A DNA stretch of 64,000 nucleotides from Cenococcum geophilum (taxonomy: Eukaryota): contig CP158635.1 in assembly GCA_050273025.1 (NCBI GenBank), forward strand, positions 4,960,001 through 5,024,000. Reading direction: 5' to 3'. A program made the translations under genes and the position numbers. Positions 12,355-25,482 of this stretch are shown here, piece after piece; position 1 is the stretch's first letter; every line of letters begins with the position of its first letter. The notes under the pieces are model-generated. The model ran no database searches and had not been told where the DNA came from. It saw only the letters and a list, made by a program, of their open reading frames with translations.

Positions 12355-14162
12355 ATGTCTAAAGAAATCGAGTCCTACAACCCAACCGATGAGGTCGAAA
12401 TTTCGCAACCACGTCGCCAGAGCTTAGCAGCTACCGATAAAGGCCGCTGGGAAAGGTTGTGGCCTGTTATAGCTTGTGGTGCTGGATTATTTTCTGATGG
12501 CTACCTTAATGGCGTAAGAGATGCGCTTCCTCAATTTTTTTCAAGTCCAAAAAGCTACATTACTGACTATGACATGTTACTTCAGGTCATCGGTTCAGTT
12601 AACACAATGCTCGGCGAAATATACGGAGACGCATATACGAACTCTCCAGCGCAGAAAAACGTAGCTTCGATCACATTCGCTGGTACTGTCGTCGGTATGC
12701 TATTCTTTGGATACACCTCTGATCATTTCTCTCGCAAATGGTCACTATTCATGTAAGATTCGCGCAAATATATCTGTTCTACTTCCTTGTTGCTGAATCT
12801 TCCAGCTCTACTCTCATCATCATTCTTTTCGCCGCTCTTGGCGCCGGGTCCTATGGCACGCATGACAGCGTTGGAGGACTTCTTGCGGCCCTAACAGCCT
12901 ATCGTTTCTTCCTAGGTATAGGTATCGGGGGGGAGTACCCCGCTGGCAGCGTCGGTTGTGCAGAGAGTACGGGCGAATTGAAGGCTGGGACGAGGAACAG
13001 GTGGTTTATCATGTTCACAAACGTGCAAATTGATCTAGGATTTGTGGTTGCAGCCCTTGTCCCTATGATAGTCGTAAGTCTAGCGCAACTACTTGATCTA
13101 TACCTACTTCTAGAACATTTTAGAAATGACACTGACAGTTACCAGGTCCTCGCCACTACAGAAAACCACCTTCGTGCAGCCTGGCGTATCTGCCTTGGGT
13201 TAGGTGTCCTCCCGCCACTCTCTCTTCTCTACCTCAGAATTAAGCTCCAAGAACCAGAAGCTTATAAGCGTGAGACTATGGCTAACACCAAGACTCCTTG
13301 GCTCCTATGCATCAAGTATTACTGGTTCCGCCTGATGATTGTATGCCTCATTTGGTTCATCTACGACTTCTCTTCTTATTCATTCGGCATCTATTCTTCC
13401 TCGATCTTGTCAAATTTACTGGGCAAAGAGTACCCGCTCTGGAAAAGTTTCGGCTGGAACGTGCTGATAAACTTCTTCTACATGCCTGGATGCATTGCAG
13501 GTGCGTTTGTGGCAGATATGCCAAAGATGGGACCAAAGCGCACGCTAGCGATAGGCGTGATTTTGCAAGGAATAGTTGGGTTTATCATGGCAGGGTGCTA
13601 TGGGCACCTCAACCATCCGAAATACGTTGCGGCCTTCGTGATTGTTTACGGTGTTTTCCTTGCGCTGGGTGAGTTCGGCCCGGGCAACAATATCGGCTTG
13701 GTGGCGAGCAAGACCAGCGCAACTAGTATCCGGTAGGTCTTTTCCTCGCCACCCTCACCTAGCATGTGCAGAACAATAAGATTCGAGAAACGAGATACAC
13801 AGCTTAAACTAACGCTTCTACAAAGAGGGCAATACTATGGCATCGCCGCAGCCGTTGGCAAAATCGGCGCCTTCGTCGGCTCCTACGTCTTCCCCATCAT
13901 CAGGAAGCACGCGCCGAACCCGACACGAGCTGGCCAAGACCCCTTCTTCGTCGGCAGCGCTCTCGCTATCTTCTCGGGCTTCCTGGCACTCTTCTTCCTA
14001 CCCGAGATCGGCCAAGACACGATCGAAGAGGAGGACATCAAGTTCCGGGAGTATCTGGAGCGCAACGGCTACGACACGAGCCAGATGGGCACGAGGGCGC
14101 TGCTGGCTCCCAGCGCGACGGGCAGCGCGGAGAAGGTGGGGAAAGAGGGGGAAGTTGTTTGA
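12355..14162 (+). CDS. GIT1: MFS glycerophosphodiester (glycerophosphoinositol) permease
   Basis: CGAGLFSDGYLN, GIGIGGEYPAGSV, GEFGPGNNIGL..KTSATSIRGQYYGIAAA; multiple TM segments; four introns. Confidence 0.88.
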
Positions 14163-15017
14163 GCTTTGTTTTGTGTATGTCGTGTAGGCAGTGAGGTTGG
14201 GGTGTGTATAGCGACACTGCTGTATATCCTATCTACAGTAAAGTTTCGGCTGAATCAGGTTCTTTGTTCTGTGTGTGTTCGTGTATATATGCCGGGTAAT
14301 GGCGATTCAAGTCACCCTTGCTTATGAGAACGGTAGGGGGGCTACTAGTGCCGGCTGACAGCTGGAATCATCGATTATGCCGAACTGACTCACTCAATGA
14401 ACCACGAATTTTTGGAATATGGTTGTGGTGTTGAAACGCACGATATGTTTCATGGTGGTTTTTGTCATGCGGTTCTTGAGCATTTAGCAAATCAAACGCC
14501 ATCGAATTTTCAGGGCCTCTCCGCATTTCGTGGTTAGCTGTAGCCAATACGCAGCCAGAACAAGATAAATATCGGCGGCATGATTGCAGCTGATTGGAAC
14601 ATAATATTCAAATGCGGTCGTACGCTTTTCACGCTCGAGAACAGGTGCAATATGACGCACGAAATCTAAACGACGAGCAGTCAGAGTCATGAAAAAGGCT
14701 CAAAGATACAGCCTGTTTGCACGCCCCATGCTTAGTCCGCAGGAGGCTCTGCATGGGACACCCTTCGGCAGCTTCAGGACTTTTCAGCTGGACAATCTTT
14801 CCATGCCCAGTTCAGCTACATGCCAAGTAACACTAACTACGAGATGAACGAAGAGTCTGTGTGAGAATCTGTTTTAGGACGACCGTTGAAGCCACGGCAT
14901 TTCTTCGCTGTTCCTTCGGCAGCTGATAGCAGGGGCTTTCGTGCCGAAATCACCTTCCCCGCAATCTTTACTACGTAGTAAGCCTTTGGCCCCAATCAGC
15001 TAGAGCATCGGAACCTA

Positions 15018-15152
15018 CAAGGGGGTGACGTGAGCGGGCTGGCCGCCCTCCCTGCAAGTTTTGATGGCATTATAACCATATCGGCAGCATTTTAGCGGGA
15101 CGCCACCAAAACTTGCAGGGAGGGCGGCCAGCCCGCTCATGTCACCCCCTTG
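15018..15152. mobile_element. 135-bp foldback MITE (Tc1/mariner-type TA target)
   Basis: 53-bp inverted arms 15018-15070 and 15100-15152 with 3 transition mismatches, 29-bp spacer, TA at 15016-17 and 15153-54. Confidence 0.85.
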
Positions 15153-16329
15153 TATGTGACTCTGCATGGTGGCTGACGTTAACTACGAGACGCAGAATGA
15201 CGCCGCATACCATGCTTGGGCTAATTATGGTTCACCCACACAGGTAAGGAACGGCAGAAAAATAGAGATCCTTGGAAAGAACAAGAACGGCTTGGGCGCA
15301 ACGTTGGGGAACACGAAACGGTAGAAACGACCATTTGTTGCAAGCAAGCGGGGGTGTTACGGTCCGTGCCAGACAGCTTGGTGACTTTCTTCCCTTCAGG
15401 CTTATCCTTGCTTCGACACATCCATTGACAAAATTTTTGTTTCATATACTAGCTTCCACAAAATTTGGCCTTCTTCTGTTTTGTCAAGGCCCAGGTGTGT
15501 TTGTCATACAGTTGCAGCTATGTCCTAGCATTGGCTGATGGACTCTCCAAGCCTTTGTGTACAAGGCCCGAAAGGATATCCCATGTATGCACGTTCTTTG
15601 CTTGCGGGGTGAACCAGGAGCGGGATGAAGGTTGGAAAATATTGCACTGAAGCCGCATCTGGAGCCCGCTCTCCTTGATTAGCGCAATGATCGTTAGAAG
15701 ACTGGGTGTAGGTCCTGCGTGGTACTGCTCATTACTTAAGTCGGCGCACACGTGGCCGAACCCCCTGTTTTACGGGCCTCACGAGAAGGATTGCATCCTA
15801 GTCGCCACGAAGCCACGTTTTCTTGACGGGGAGGATGAAAAAATTAATCTTCTTGACGCAGGTTAGTTGGACAGAAGCAAGTCGAATGATGGCTACGATG
15901 TGTCCTGTCGTCAACAATAAGCAAAGTCCGCTGCATCTCATCCGGACACCGGACTTCTATCACGTTGCATGAGCTTGGAGTCTGGGGAAGTGCTCCCACG
16001 GTTTAAGATAAAACAGCCCCTAGGCCAACGAACTAGGTGATCAACGCTTTAAGACTGCGCCTCGTCACACAATACCTTGGCATACAGCCCTGATACTCGA
16101 TTGACTCTTACCGCCCCACCTCCCCAATACTTTCCCAGTAATATCAAAAACCATCGTATTCTCTCATTCACGACCTGTTCTCCTGGGGGCGGACTATGTA
16201 AAACCAAGGTCGAGTATCAATCCATCAGCGTCGTTCGTACTTTCGAACGCTGCTGTCTACTGTTTATAATTGGACTCGTCGTTTTTGTATTCAGCTCGAG
16301 GGCTTCCCTCTCCGCCTGCCCGTAGCGTA

Positions 16330-17886
16330 ATGTCAAACCCAACGTCCGAAAACCTTTCTGTCATAAACCAAGCCTCTACAATATGGGGAACCTCAATTAC
16401 ATTCCAGGTGAAATTCTCCGCCCTCATCCGCTAGTTTTTCTCTCTAATGAATTGAACGAACTTATAGATTATTGCTTGGTTCGCTGTTTCCCTAAGATTG
16501 TTCACCCGCTTCAAGACCCCCGGAAGTCTAGGCTGGGATGACTTTTTCGTGATTCTAGCTGGTGTATGTACAAACATATTCTCTTCATGGAATCCTGCTA
16601 AGCATAAATTCAGCTTTCAGCTACGGCTGGCACGATATTTATATGCCTTCGTAAGTTCACTCTATGTACAAGTTCCATTACTAGAGAACGCTCTTGCTAA
16701 CACGCCTTTCCGAAACCAGCAGCTGGTATGGGCCACCACATTTATACTTTAACTGAGGACCAGCTCCACAACTACTTCCACGTAAGTTTCTTCTCAATTT
16801 CCCAGCCGTCCACTGTCGAACCAACCATTGAGTACTGACACCTCCTTAATAGTACGTATATGCTGCCAATGTCTCATATTGCCTTTCAACAGCCCTCATA
16901 AAAGTCTCTGTCCTTATCCAATACCTCCGCCTATTTAACCTCTCTTGCCATTACGCTGCACGCCGAGCCTGTATTATCCTGCTTGTTATTACCTCCTGCT
17001 GGGGCGCTGCGTTCTTTTTCATCTCGCTCCTTGGGTGTACACCAATTGCTAAGAATTGGGATATATCCATCCCTGGTGGTCATTGTGTCATGTTTGGCTC
17101 TAAGAATCCAAAAGTTCTTTTTAGTGCTTTCGTTAGTCATGCATCCTCAAACATGTTCTTTGATCTCCTGGTTTGGGTCCTGCCAATTCCATTCTTCAAG
17201 ACTCTGAGTCTCCACGGAAGGCAGAAGAAGGGGGTGATTGCATTGATTAGCTTGGGCGCTGTGTAGGTGTTACCCTTTTTTTTTGGCAAGACAACAAACG
17301 GGTGCAATCAGAAAGATCCGCACGCACGCCTAGACCTCAAATTCCTGCGCTCGGGCCCGGCTCTATCAAGACCGTTACACAATTGCGAAGTTTACTAACA
17401 ACACCCCAAAACAGCGTCACCATCCTCAGCGCCGTCCGCCTCTTCTGCCTCGCCATCAACCGCGCGGGAACCTACCCAGTGTTCGACCCCAGCTGGTACG
17501 CACCTCCGATCTTCATCTTCTCGAGCCTGGAAGTCCAGACGGCGATGCTGTGCGCCTCAATCCCGATCTTCTGGCCGATCTTCAAGAGCCTCAGCGTGAA
17601 CAAGATCTTCGTGACGCACGAGGTCGAGGTGCGCACGGAGCGGCGGAACACGCATATCGAGGAGCGCGAGCTCGGCTGCCGCAACTCCAGCGAGGGCAGC
17701 TCGTCCACGACGGAGCTGGCCCGCCAGGAGAGCTCGGAGCAGCGCTACTACAGGGACAGCTATGTGGCGGCGTGGGTGCTGCCTGGTTTTGATGCCCCTG
17801 GGGACGGGAAGCGCGGGCATACGGCGACGGTGGAGAGGGCGGAGAAGCCGTTCGATTATCTAAACTTTGAGCTTGATAAGCGGTGA
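16330..17886 (+). CDS. PTH11-like (fungal rhodopsin-domain) integral membrane protein
   Basis: LRLFTRF..LGWDDFFVILA, IKVSVLIQYLRLF, DLLVWVLPIP, LEVQTAMLCASIP; many short introns. Confidence 0.85.
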
Positions 17887-18804
17887 TTTTTTTTTTTGGC
17901 TGGGAGCCTGAAAAGGCTTCCGGGGTGAGAGGGCAGCGACATCGTGGTGGCGCTTTGGGGGTGGGTCGGTTCCCACTCGCTGGGTTGGTTCGGATTGCAA
18001 TTATGATACCCGATGCTATCAGGAATAGCCTCAAAATTCCTGCGCGCGCGAAACGAGGGCGTGTTGAGGCTGACGCGAAGGCTTCACAGATGATATGTTG
18101 AATATTTTCGTGCTGTTGGAAAACGTCCGTGGGGAGGAAGACTGGACGCTGTTAAGGCTGGGCCTGTTGAGTATGTCTTTAAAAGATTAGAGAGAGGTAT
18201 GGACTGCTTAGAGGGCTCACTGGGCTGGGCGGTGTAGCGAACAGACGGGTAGATGGATAGAATGGTGTTGTTGCAGCCGTCTTCGTCTTCGGTCTGTAGG
18301 AAAAACTTTGATACCCTTTGTTGACGCTACATCGCAGTGTACATTCCTTTGAGTATAAGAGTGATGGTGAATTACTCTTTAGCCTTGGGCCTGCTGTATG
18401 GTGCAATAGTGCCCAAGTAAATGCGACCCTATTTTTGGCTATAAGACGATCCAAAAAGTGGCTTAAAAGATAGTTTAAATAGATAAGGTGTTTGAGAATT
18501 ACTAGATATCAGGAATAACATTTTCAATTTATTATACGATGTCACGAAGCGTTTCGAAACGTGATGCTGGTGGCGCGGTTCACATCGGCACCCACTTTTT
18601 CCAGTGAAGCGCTGTGCCACAAAATTGAGAAACGACTTATTAGGTGCCATGAAAGCCTAGCGAAATCTGCGAAGCCTTAAACGCGAATACGTGATGTGTG
18701 AACAGGCTCTCTATCTTTTCTCTTAACTAGTGAAAAGGGCCTCTGAACACTGTTGAAATTGTTTCAGCGGTAGTGGTCATTTTAACTGGCCATAATATCA
18801 TCCA

Positions 18805-20244
18805 TCACTGATGACCATGCACCGACCTCCATAGCAGAAAACTCTCAAAAGTTCTACTAGGATATAACTTTCCAACCTTCGCCAGCTTACCCACACTCTC
18901 CTCCTTCACAACACCACCCACATCAAACACCTCTCGATCCTGGTACCGGTACACATCTGCCTCACCTCCAGGAATCCGCCGATCCCTTGTCGCTAGCAGG
19001 ATTTCAAGGATCGTCTTCACGCCAAGTAAGTCCTGGATATTCTCCCCAAGCTGTGGGACAGCGCGGCCGAGCATACCAATGGCCTTTGCGCCGAGGTGCG
19101 AAAGGGTAGTCCAGACATCGCCAGCGGGCGTATACGGCAGCAAGTTGCCGTAAACATCACCGCTGCCAGTGGGGCCCAGGGGCTGGGTAGATTTCGGGAA
19201 CGCAATGCGTGCCGTAGCTTCGTTGATCTTCGTCTGGATGTCATGAATGAGCAGATTGCCGTGATCGTGCAGCTGAATAGCTTCAAGCATCCAGCGCAGC
19301 ACAAGGTCGGAGAGGACTTCATTCGGGTAAATCGTATGCGCGAGCCTACCCGGCAGCGCACCAAGCATCTTCTCGACGGCGTTCTGCGGCGCCTGGCGCA
19401 CGAAGCGGAACGCCTGGCGGCCGAGGTCGTAGTGGCATCCGGGGAACCACTTCTGGTGTATCTCGAGTGACGGGTTCTTGTCTGCGGTTTCCGGATCGCG
19501 TAGCGCGAGGCACGGCTCGAACATCCAGAGCCGGTCGTGCAGCGAGACAGCGTGGTACACCTTCTCGACCTCGCTGCTGATTTCCTGGTCGTAGAACTCG
19601 GGCCAGTCGAACCCGACGCCGGCGTTCAGGCGCGGGATTCCCAGGCTGCCGACGGTGTCGAATAGGCCCATGAATTTGATAGGGGTGGTGACCTGCCATA
19701 CTGCCTCCGCGTTGGACTTGAAGGCGCGGGAGTGCGGAGACCAGGGCTGGTCAATGGCATAGGGGCTGCGGTAGATTTTGTAGACTTCTTGGCAGAGAAT
19801 GCTCGTCTCGGAGGGATTGGGACGGGCGCGGATGATGCCACAGTTATTGATCATGCCGGCGACGCAGCGGACGGTGAAGGCGCCCCGGCTGAGGCCGAAG
19901 AGCCATATCTCATGTTCGTCTGTGTAGTTCTCGACTATGAACTGATACACTGAGGTGCATTCCTCTGCGATGGTTGAGGCAGTGGCACCATCCCAGAGGT
20001 ATTCGAGGAAAGTTTTGTTGAGTCCGATGCCTTCTTGATAGCCCGCTGTCACGCCATCGTGAGCATGGCGGATAGAATGGACCTTTGTTGGACTGTCCCC
20101 CGCCCGAGTTGTTAGATCGATAACACCGATCATGTCGGCAAGCTTCTCAATGTTGCTATCTGTGCCCGTTTCTCTACCGCACCATGTGCCATCGCAAAGG
20201 ACGACTAATCGTTTCGGGCGGACGTGGGGAGAATCCAATGCCAT
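18805..20244 (-). CDS. DUF2235 / Tle1-like alpha/beta hydrolase
   Basis: Intronless 479 aa: KRLVVLCDGTW, FGLSRGAFTVR (GxSxG), GLFDTVGSLG, HAVSLHDR, WFPGCHYDLG. Confidence 0.88.
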   Translation of the reverse strand: MALDSPHVRPKRLVVLCDGTWCGRETGTDSNIEKLADMIGVIDLTTRAGDSPTKVHSIRHAHDGVTAGYQEGIGLNKTFLEYLWDGATASTIAEECTSVYQFIVENYTDEHEIWLFGLSRGAFTVRCVAGMINNCGIIRARPNPSETSILCQEVYKIYRSPYAIDQPWSPHSRAFKSNAEAVWQVTTPIKFMGLFDTVGSLGIPRLNAGVGFDWPEFYDQEISSEVEKVYHAVSLHDRLWMFEPCLALRDPETADKNPSLEIHQKWFPGCHYDLGRQAFRFVRQAPQNAVEKMLGALPGRLAHTIYPNEVLSDLVLRWMLEAIQLHDHGNLLIHDIQTKINEATARIAFPKSTQPLGPTGSGDVYGNLLPYTPAGDVWTTLSHLGAKAIGMLGRAVPQLGENIQDLLGVKTILEILLATRDRRIPGGEADVYRYQDREVFDVGGVVKEESVGKLAKVGKLYPSRTFESFLLWRSVHGHQ

Positions 20245-20722
20245 AATGTCCAGAAAACCAACTGTTCTTGCAAGGCTGACGCAAAGACGATGAAATGGAG
20301 TAAAAATACCAGGACTTTTTAGTAGAAGCTATCGTGGTGATTAAAATACCTAAAGACTAAGAGAAAGAAGAGGAAACCCGCCAGACTTTAGGAGAGAAAC
20401 AAGGTGATAGAAATAAGTAGCTGAGGAAAGAAATCAATCGGGAGTCTCGTGCCTTTAGGCTCGGCTGATCGGTGGAGATGTGCGGCTAACACTGCTTGGC
20501 ATCTTCACAGCCCGTCAAAGTTACACACTACCTTGGCGAAAGTGTCACAAACTTGGCTGTTCGGGCCGGGCAGCTGAACTTCAATTTGGTTTGTCCAGAA
20601 CTTGGAATCTTATGCGTGGCATCAATGTCCATCAAGATGTGAGTCCGTGGGTGTTAGGGTATCAAAATAGATTAATTTGGTTCCCGTTCTATGACATGCT
20701 GTGATATATAACGTCTAGAAGT

Positions 20723-21544
20723 TTACATGCCTAATTCTTCGTTTAACACATGCCACATCCGCCGCTGATCCTCTTTCCTCTTTTTTTCTGGAGACGGTGG
20801 GCGCGTACCCTCCGCATCCACACCATCGGCCAACTCCAATGCATTCTTTCCTAGCCCTGCCAAGATATCGTCAATCTTCTGCTTCATTCGCTTTATTCCT
20901 TCAACCTCGGCCTTTTTCTTCTCTAGCTGATCCTCCATCATCAATATGAGCGTCTCGCGCGCTTGGTGAGGTCGGTATTCGTTGATTAAGTGGTGCGAAT
21001 TGACGAATAGTGTTTTAAGATGGTCGATTTTGTCGCCAAACTGCGCTGGGTTGACGGAAAGGACGCCGACGAGCTCAAGAAAGTTGAGAAGTATGGATTT
21101 GGCCATCTTTTTTAGATAAAAGGCGCGATCGAGAGTCCATTTGGAGCCGAGGCCTTCAGAGTCGCTAGATGGAACTGAGAGTGAAGGGTATAGCTCTTCG
21201 ATTCCAATCTCTTGAAGTGAAGGTAATGTCTCGTTGATCTGAACTGCGGTTTAGTGGATAATTCCCTACTCGATTGGCAAACATACATTTTGAGGAAGTC
21301 CAAACGATCTGTATTTCCCATCCGCTGGCGGTTCTGGTGGAATGAGATATCGTAGCTCTGGAGGGAGATTGAGAAGGCGCGGGGAAATAAGGCCTAAGGC
21401 TTCACTAGGGTTCCCTCCCTGAGTTTTTGAGTTAGTCGACTCTTGGAACTCTTTCAGGCGCTCAAGGTTCTGTGAAGTAAAGTGTTTGTAGAATGGAGGG
21501 GGTTGCGGGAATGTGGTGCTTAGTTGGCCCTCGTCCTCATCCAT
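20723..21544 (-). CDS. MED7: Mediator subunit 7
   Basis: FPQPPPFYKHFT, LRYLIPPEPP, LFVNSHHLINEYRPHQARETLILMMEDQL; one intron. Confidence 0.94.
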
Positions 21545-21784
21545 TAGCGCATTCAAATAAAGGAGGCTAAGTAGGCAGTGGAAGTTTCTAGAGAAGGATG
21601 CGATTGAGGGCGAGGAAAAGCGACGCTTAGTTATACTGAAAAGAAGGCAGTGGATATGACGTGCCTGAGCTTGAGCTCGGAGCTTCGAAGTTTGGGAAGA
21701 TCGAAGCGATAGCGCCAAGGCCGCGCAACCCTGCATTTCAGACTGAACAACTGCATTTATCGTCCCGTCACTGCCTGTCAAGCA

Positions 21785-23096
21785 ATGGTGTTTACACCAT
21801 TATTGCAGTCCAACATGTCTGGACAGGCCTCCCAGCTGAACGGTCGGCGGGCCCCCAGCTTGTCACAATCAAGTGGCTTCTTGGGGTCGCTCTCTAGGTT
21901 TTGGCAGGTTAGAACACTTAGAGCTCCAACCACTATCCTGAACTAACGTACAGCAGCGATCGTACGCTTCCGATTATATTGGCCTTGCAATTCTATTGAC
22001 TGCATATATTGTGGTTTGTCAGTCCTTGCCAAACTTATAATCACGACCCTCATTCGAAGCCAGATCCAATTCTTCGCCGAACCATTCCATCGCATGTTCT
22101 CCCTTGACAACCTCGCTATACAATATCCACATGCCGAGAAAGAACGGGTACCGGTTAGTATGTGATTATAATCGGAGCTTGGAAATGGTGGATTGAACGC
22201 TTATATTCTGAGAAGCTTGGCTATTCGTCTATGCTGGTGGAATTCCACTCGCTGTGCTAGTCATCTGGGCCCTGGCATTCAGGCCCCAAGGTCATAAGGC
22301 ACATGTGACTATTCTTGGCTGGTTCATCAGGTACATTACCTTTCGTACAAGACGGATTGATTTTAGCTAACTTCCTACTGGAGCTTGATTTTAACATTGT
22401 TTTTGACGGATGTAAGACTTTCGTTTAAATGCTATGTCTTTTATTCATGAATATACAGGTTATCAAAAATGCTGTTGGTAGACCGCGGCCTGATTTGATC
22501 GACCGCTGTAAACCTGTAAGTTTTGCTGTTCCTCAATCAGCTTTATAACTTTTTAGTGTTGACAGACGATCGTTTCACAGCGGAAAGGCACATCAATACA
22601 CGAGTTAGTAACGTGGGAGATCTGTACCGAGACCAACCATCATGTTCTCCATGACGGATGGCGCAGTTTTCCAAGTGGTCACAGTAGCTTTGCGTTCAGT
22701 GGTCTTGGTTATCTCGCGCTTTTTCTTGCCGGACAATGTCACGTTTTCCGGCCACGAACTGATCTCGCTCGTGTTCTCTTGGCCCTTGCACCTCTCCTTG
22801 GAGCTACGTTGATCGCAATTTCTCGTTGCGAGGATTATCGGCATGACGTTTACGACGTGACAACTGGATCATTACTCGGATTGCTAATAGCATTCTACAC
22901 CTATCGACGATACTATCCACCGCTTAGATCTAGTAAATGTGACACACCCTACCCAAGCAGGGCAGAGACAGTAGAAGGGAAAGGCTTTGCAAAACTGAAA
23001 GACGAGGAGGAAAGAATCCAGAGCGCTAGGGATTTTGAAGTTGGGGATTTTGAAGACGAAGCAGAGACTTATCCATTAACCAATATGAGGAGTTGA
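21785..23096 (+). CDS. DPP1: PAP2-family diacylglycerol pyrophosphate / lipid phosphate phosphatase
   Basis: PAP2 motifs KNAVGRPRPD, SFPSGHSS, SRCEDYRHDVYDV; several introns; start could also be a downstream ATG near 21815. Confidence 0.88.
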
Positions 23097-24091
23097 GGTA
23101 CCTGTTATACACGAATTCATTTTTTGATCGTCGAATGTGGATGCCCTAGTGATCACTCATTCGAATAGCAGAACCGAGGAGACGAAGCTAAAGCAACGAA
23201 GGATTACTTGAGGACCGCTCCAATAGTAGATTATACTTGCTGGCATTCATCTCGGCCAGGTGCCTGGTTGCCACATTTAGTGATCCTGTTCTCTTCCATT
23301 CCTGTTGGTCATCACGACTACCTTGCTTGTCACGGTCAAGTTGGTCTCCTGACGGCCAGTCACCATTCGATTGACGATGGTTGGAGAGGTTCAAACTTTT
23401 ACCGGTGGCTAGATCAAACCTCAAAACCTACCACTGTACGTGGCCTCCAAACCATACATCCATAGTCGAATCACTCAAACGAAGAAGGGAAACATTACTT
23501 TCCATAAGTTAGGCTGGGTCTCCGCCTTTTATCTGATGCCTATAGCCTTACTTCCAGATCAGCTCGCAAAGTAAGCAGCCTCAACTCCTGGCTTCCCAAA
23601 GATTCCGAACGGGAGAATGGTGGGGTTTTCTGCTACAACCGCTAACTACTAGTACATAGCGCACAAGCCACTCATGCCAAAATTGTCCATTGTATATACG
23701 TGTTACAGCCACAGAAGGAAGATGCGAAGAGTACTGTACGCCAAGTCAGATCCATGCAGTGATAAATGGAATGGAGCTCGTTGTATGCCTCAGACAAAGT
23801 CGTGATGGTGGCTATCTGTGGACCAGGTTGGAGCCTTGGCCATGGAAGTATCCACAGCGCTTAGCCCATACGATCACCCCAGCGACAGCCAACGAGATTC
23901 GCGATGTACACGCGCCAGCAATTGGACGGTACCATTAGCTATTTGAGCCGCGCCACACTAACAATGAAACATGTTGGTAACTCCGTAAAGCGGTTCGCAA
24001 GCATTTTACTTCCTTTAAACGTGCATTACTATCGCAAAAATCTTAATTTTTTTAACGCTCTTTCCGATATTAAAATTTTGACTTTTTCAGA

Positions 24092-25035
24092 GTGCTGTTT
24101 GTTTTCGTTCTTACCCGCGATGCTTTTCACTCACTTTCTCGAGTGCTACGAAATGCTACTTCCCACACGGCAATTTTGACCCAGACGGAGCAGTCTGCAA
24201 CTCAACAGCTGGAACGAATGGCCAAGGAAGTGCCTGCTGCCGGAGAAACGATGCTTGCTACCCCAGCGGCACATGTTTTCAGGATTGGTCCGGGATCACG
24301 TATCAGCAGGGGCGAGTGAGAGACTTCCGGAATCGACCCTGTCCCCCACCTGAGGATACAATTCTAGCTGTACGGACCCAACTTAGCAGGCCCCGGGTTG
24401 TCCGACCGAATGTTTGAACGGTAAGTTTGCAGTCTTTCCAAGCTAGACAGTGGAACCATGCCTAGCGCACTGTACGGTAGCTCGGAACGTCGGCGTTTGG
24501 ATTCAGCAATGCATCGTCCAGAATCCCTCCGCTTACTGCATCACCGCTGCGACAGGGAGCAATTACATGGAAACCCGGCTACCTCATCGCTGTACTCAAT
24601 GGAGATGGGACGGATCGCCTTCGTCCCTACGTCGATGTTAATGGTTCAACACAGAACCCCACCGCTGCTCCAACTCCTTCCAGTTTACTACAACCAACGA
24701 CTCAAATGCCAATCTTGATAACGTCCATACCGATATCAGGCGGGGCCGCTGCGAGTAACTTTGCTTCGCCGACGCTTTCTCCAGCTTAAAAGGGAGATAC
24801 ATCCGCAAAAACCGCTGGCCTAATAATCGGCGTTGTGCTTGGTTTCATATTATTCGCTTCGACGACGGGTCTGGCGGCGCTAGTCCTAAAATACAAGAAA
24901 GAGCGAAGGAAGACAGAAGAGTTGGAAGGGAAGGCCGCGGGATTATTAGAGGCAAAGGGGGCAGAACTGTTGGGGCACCCGTTGCCGCAAGAATTCGCAG
25001 GGACGATTGTTTGGTCTTGGATGGATGGACGCTAG
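24092..25035 (+). pseudogene. Degenerate Cys-rich type I membrane protein gene
   Basis: KCYFPHG..AVCN..SACCRRNDACYPSGTCF then CTDPT*QAPGCPTEC (TAG at 24384-86 where W is expected); C-terminal TM GLIIGVVLGFILFA followed by KYKKERRK; reading frames do not join. Confidence 0.65.
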
Positions 25036-25482
25036 GTGAAGTAATCATTTCCAGGCAAGGATAAATTGCAAGCTCTGTATTCTTGCGCTATATCAGTTTT
25101 CTGTTTTCATTGAAGAAATGGAGCATTAGCTTATTGTTGGTTTGCAGCGTAACAGTTCTGCCAAGGTTTTCCTGTGCCAAGAATGTTCGTGACGCATCAT
25201 TTTTCCTTATACGTGTTTACGCCACTATAAATACTCTTAGAAAGACGCTTTCAGCAAACCGGCGAAATATTAAGTAATTTGTAAGCAAAGTGATTAGAAC
25301 GAGCGGAATTCCATCCCTGCGAAAACCTCGGAAGCTTAGAAATCTCCCCTCGGAGTTCCGCGAATCGATATATCGTCTTTTTCTTTGGCCTATGAAAACC
25401 CTCTACTTGCTGCTACAAATACCCAAAGGACGTTTCAGTTCAACATACCGTCCCAACTTCTGCGACAACAGCATCATCAATT

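Noticed and set aside
23188..23940. Short ORFs downstream of DPP1
   Set aside because: No recognisable domain or coherent splice structure
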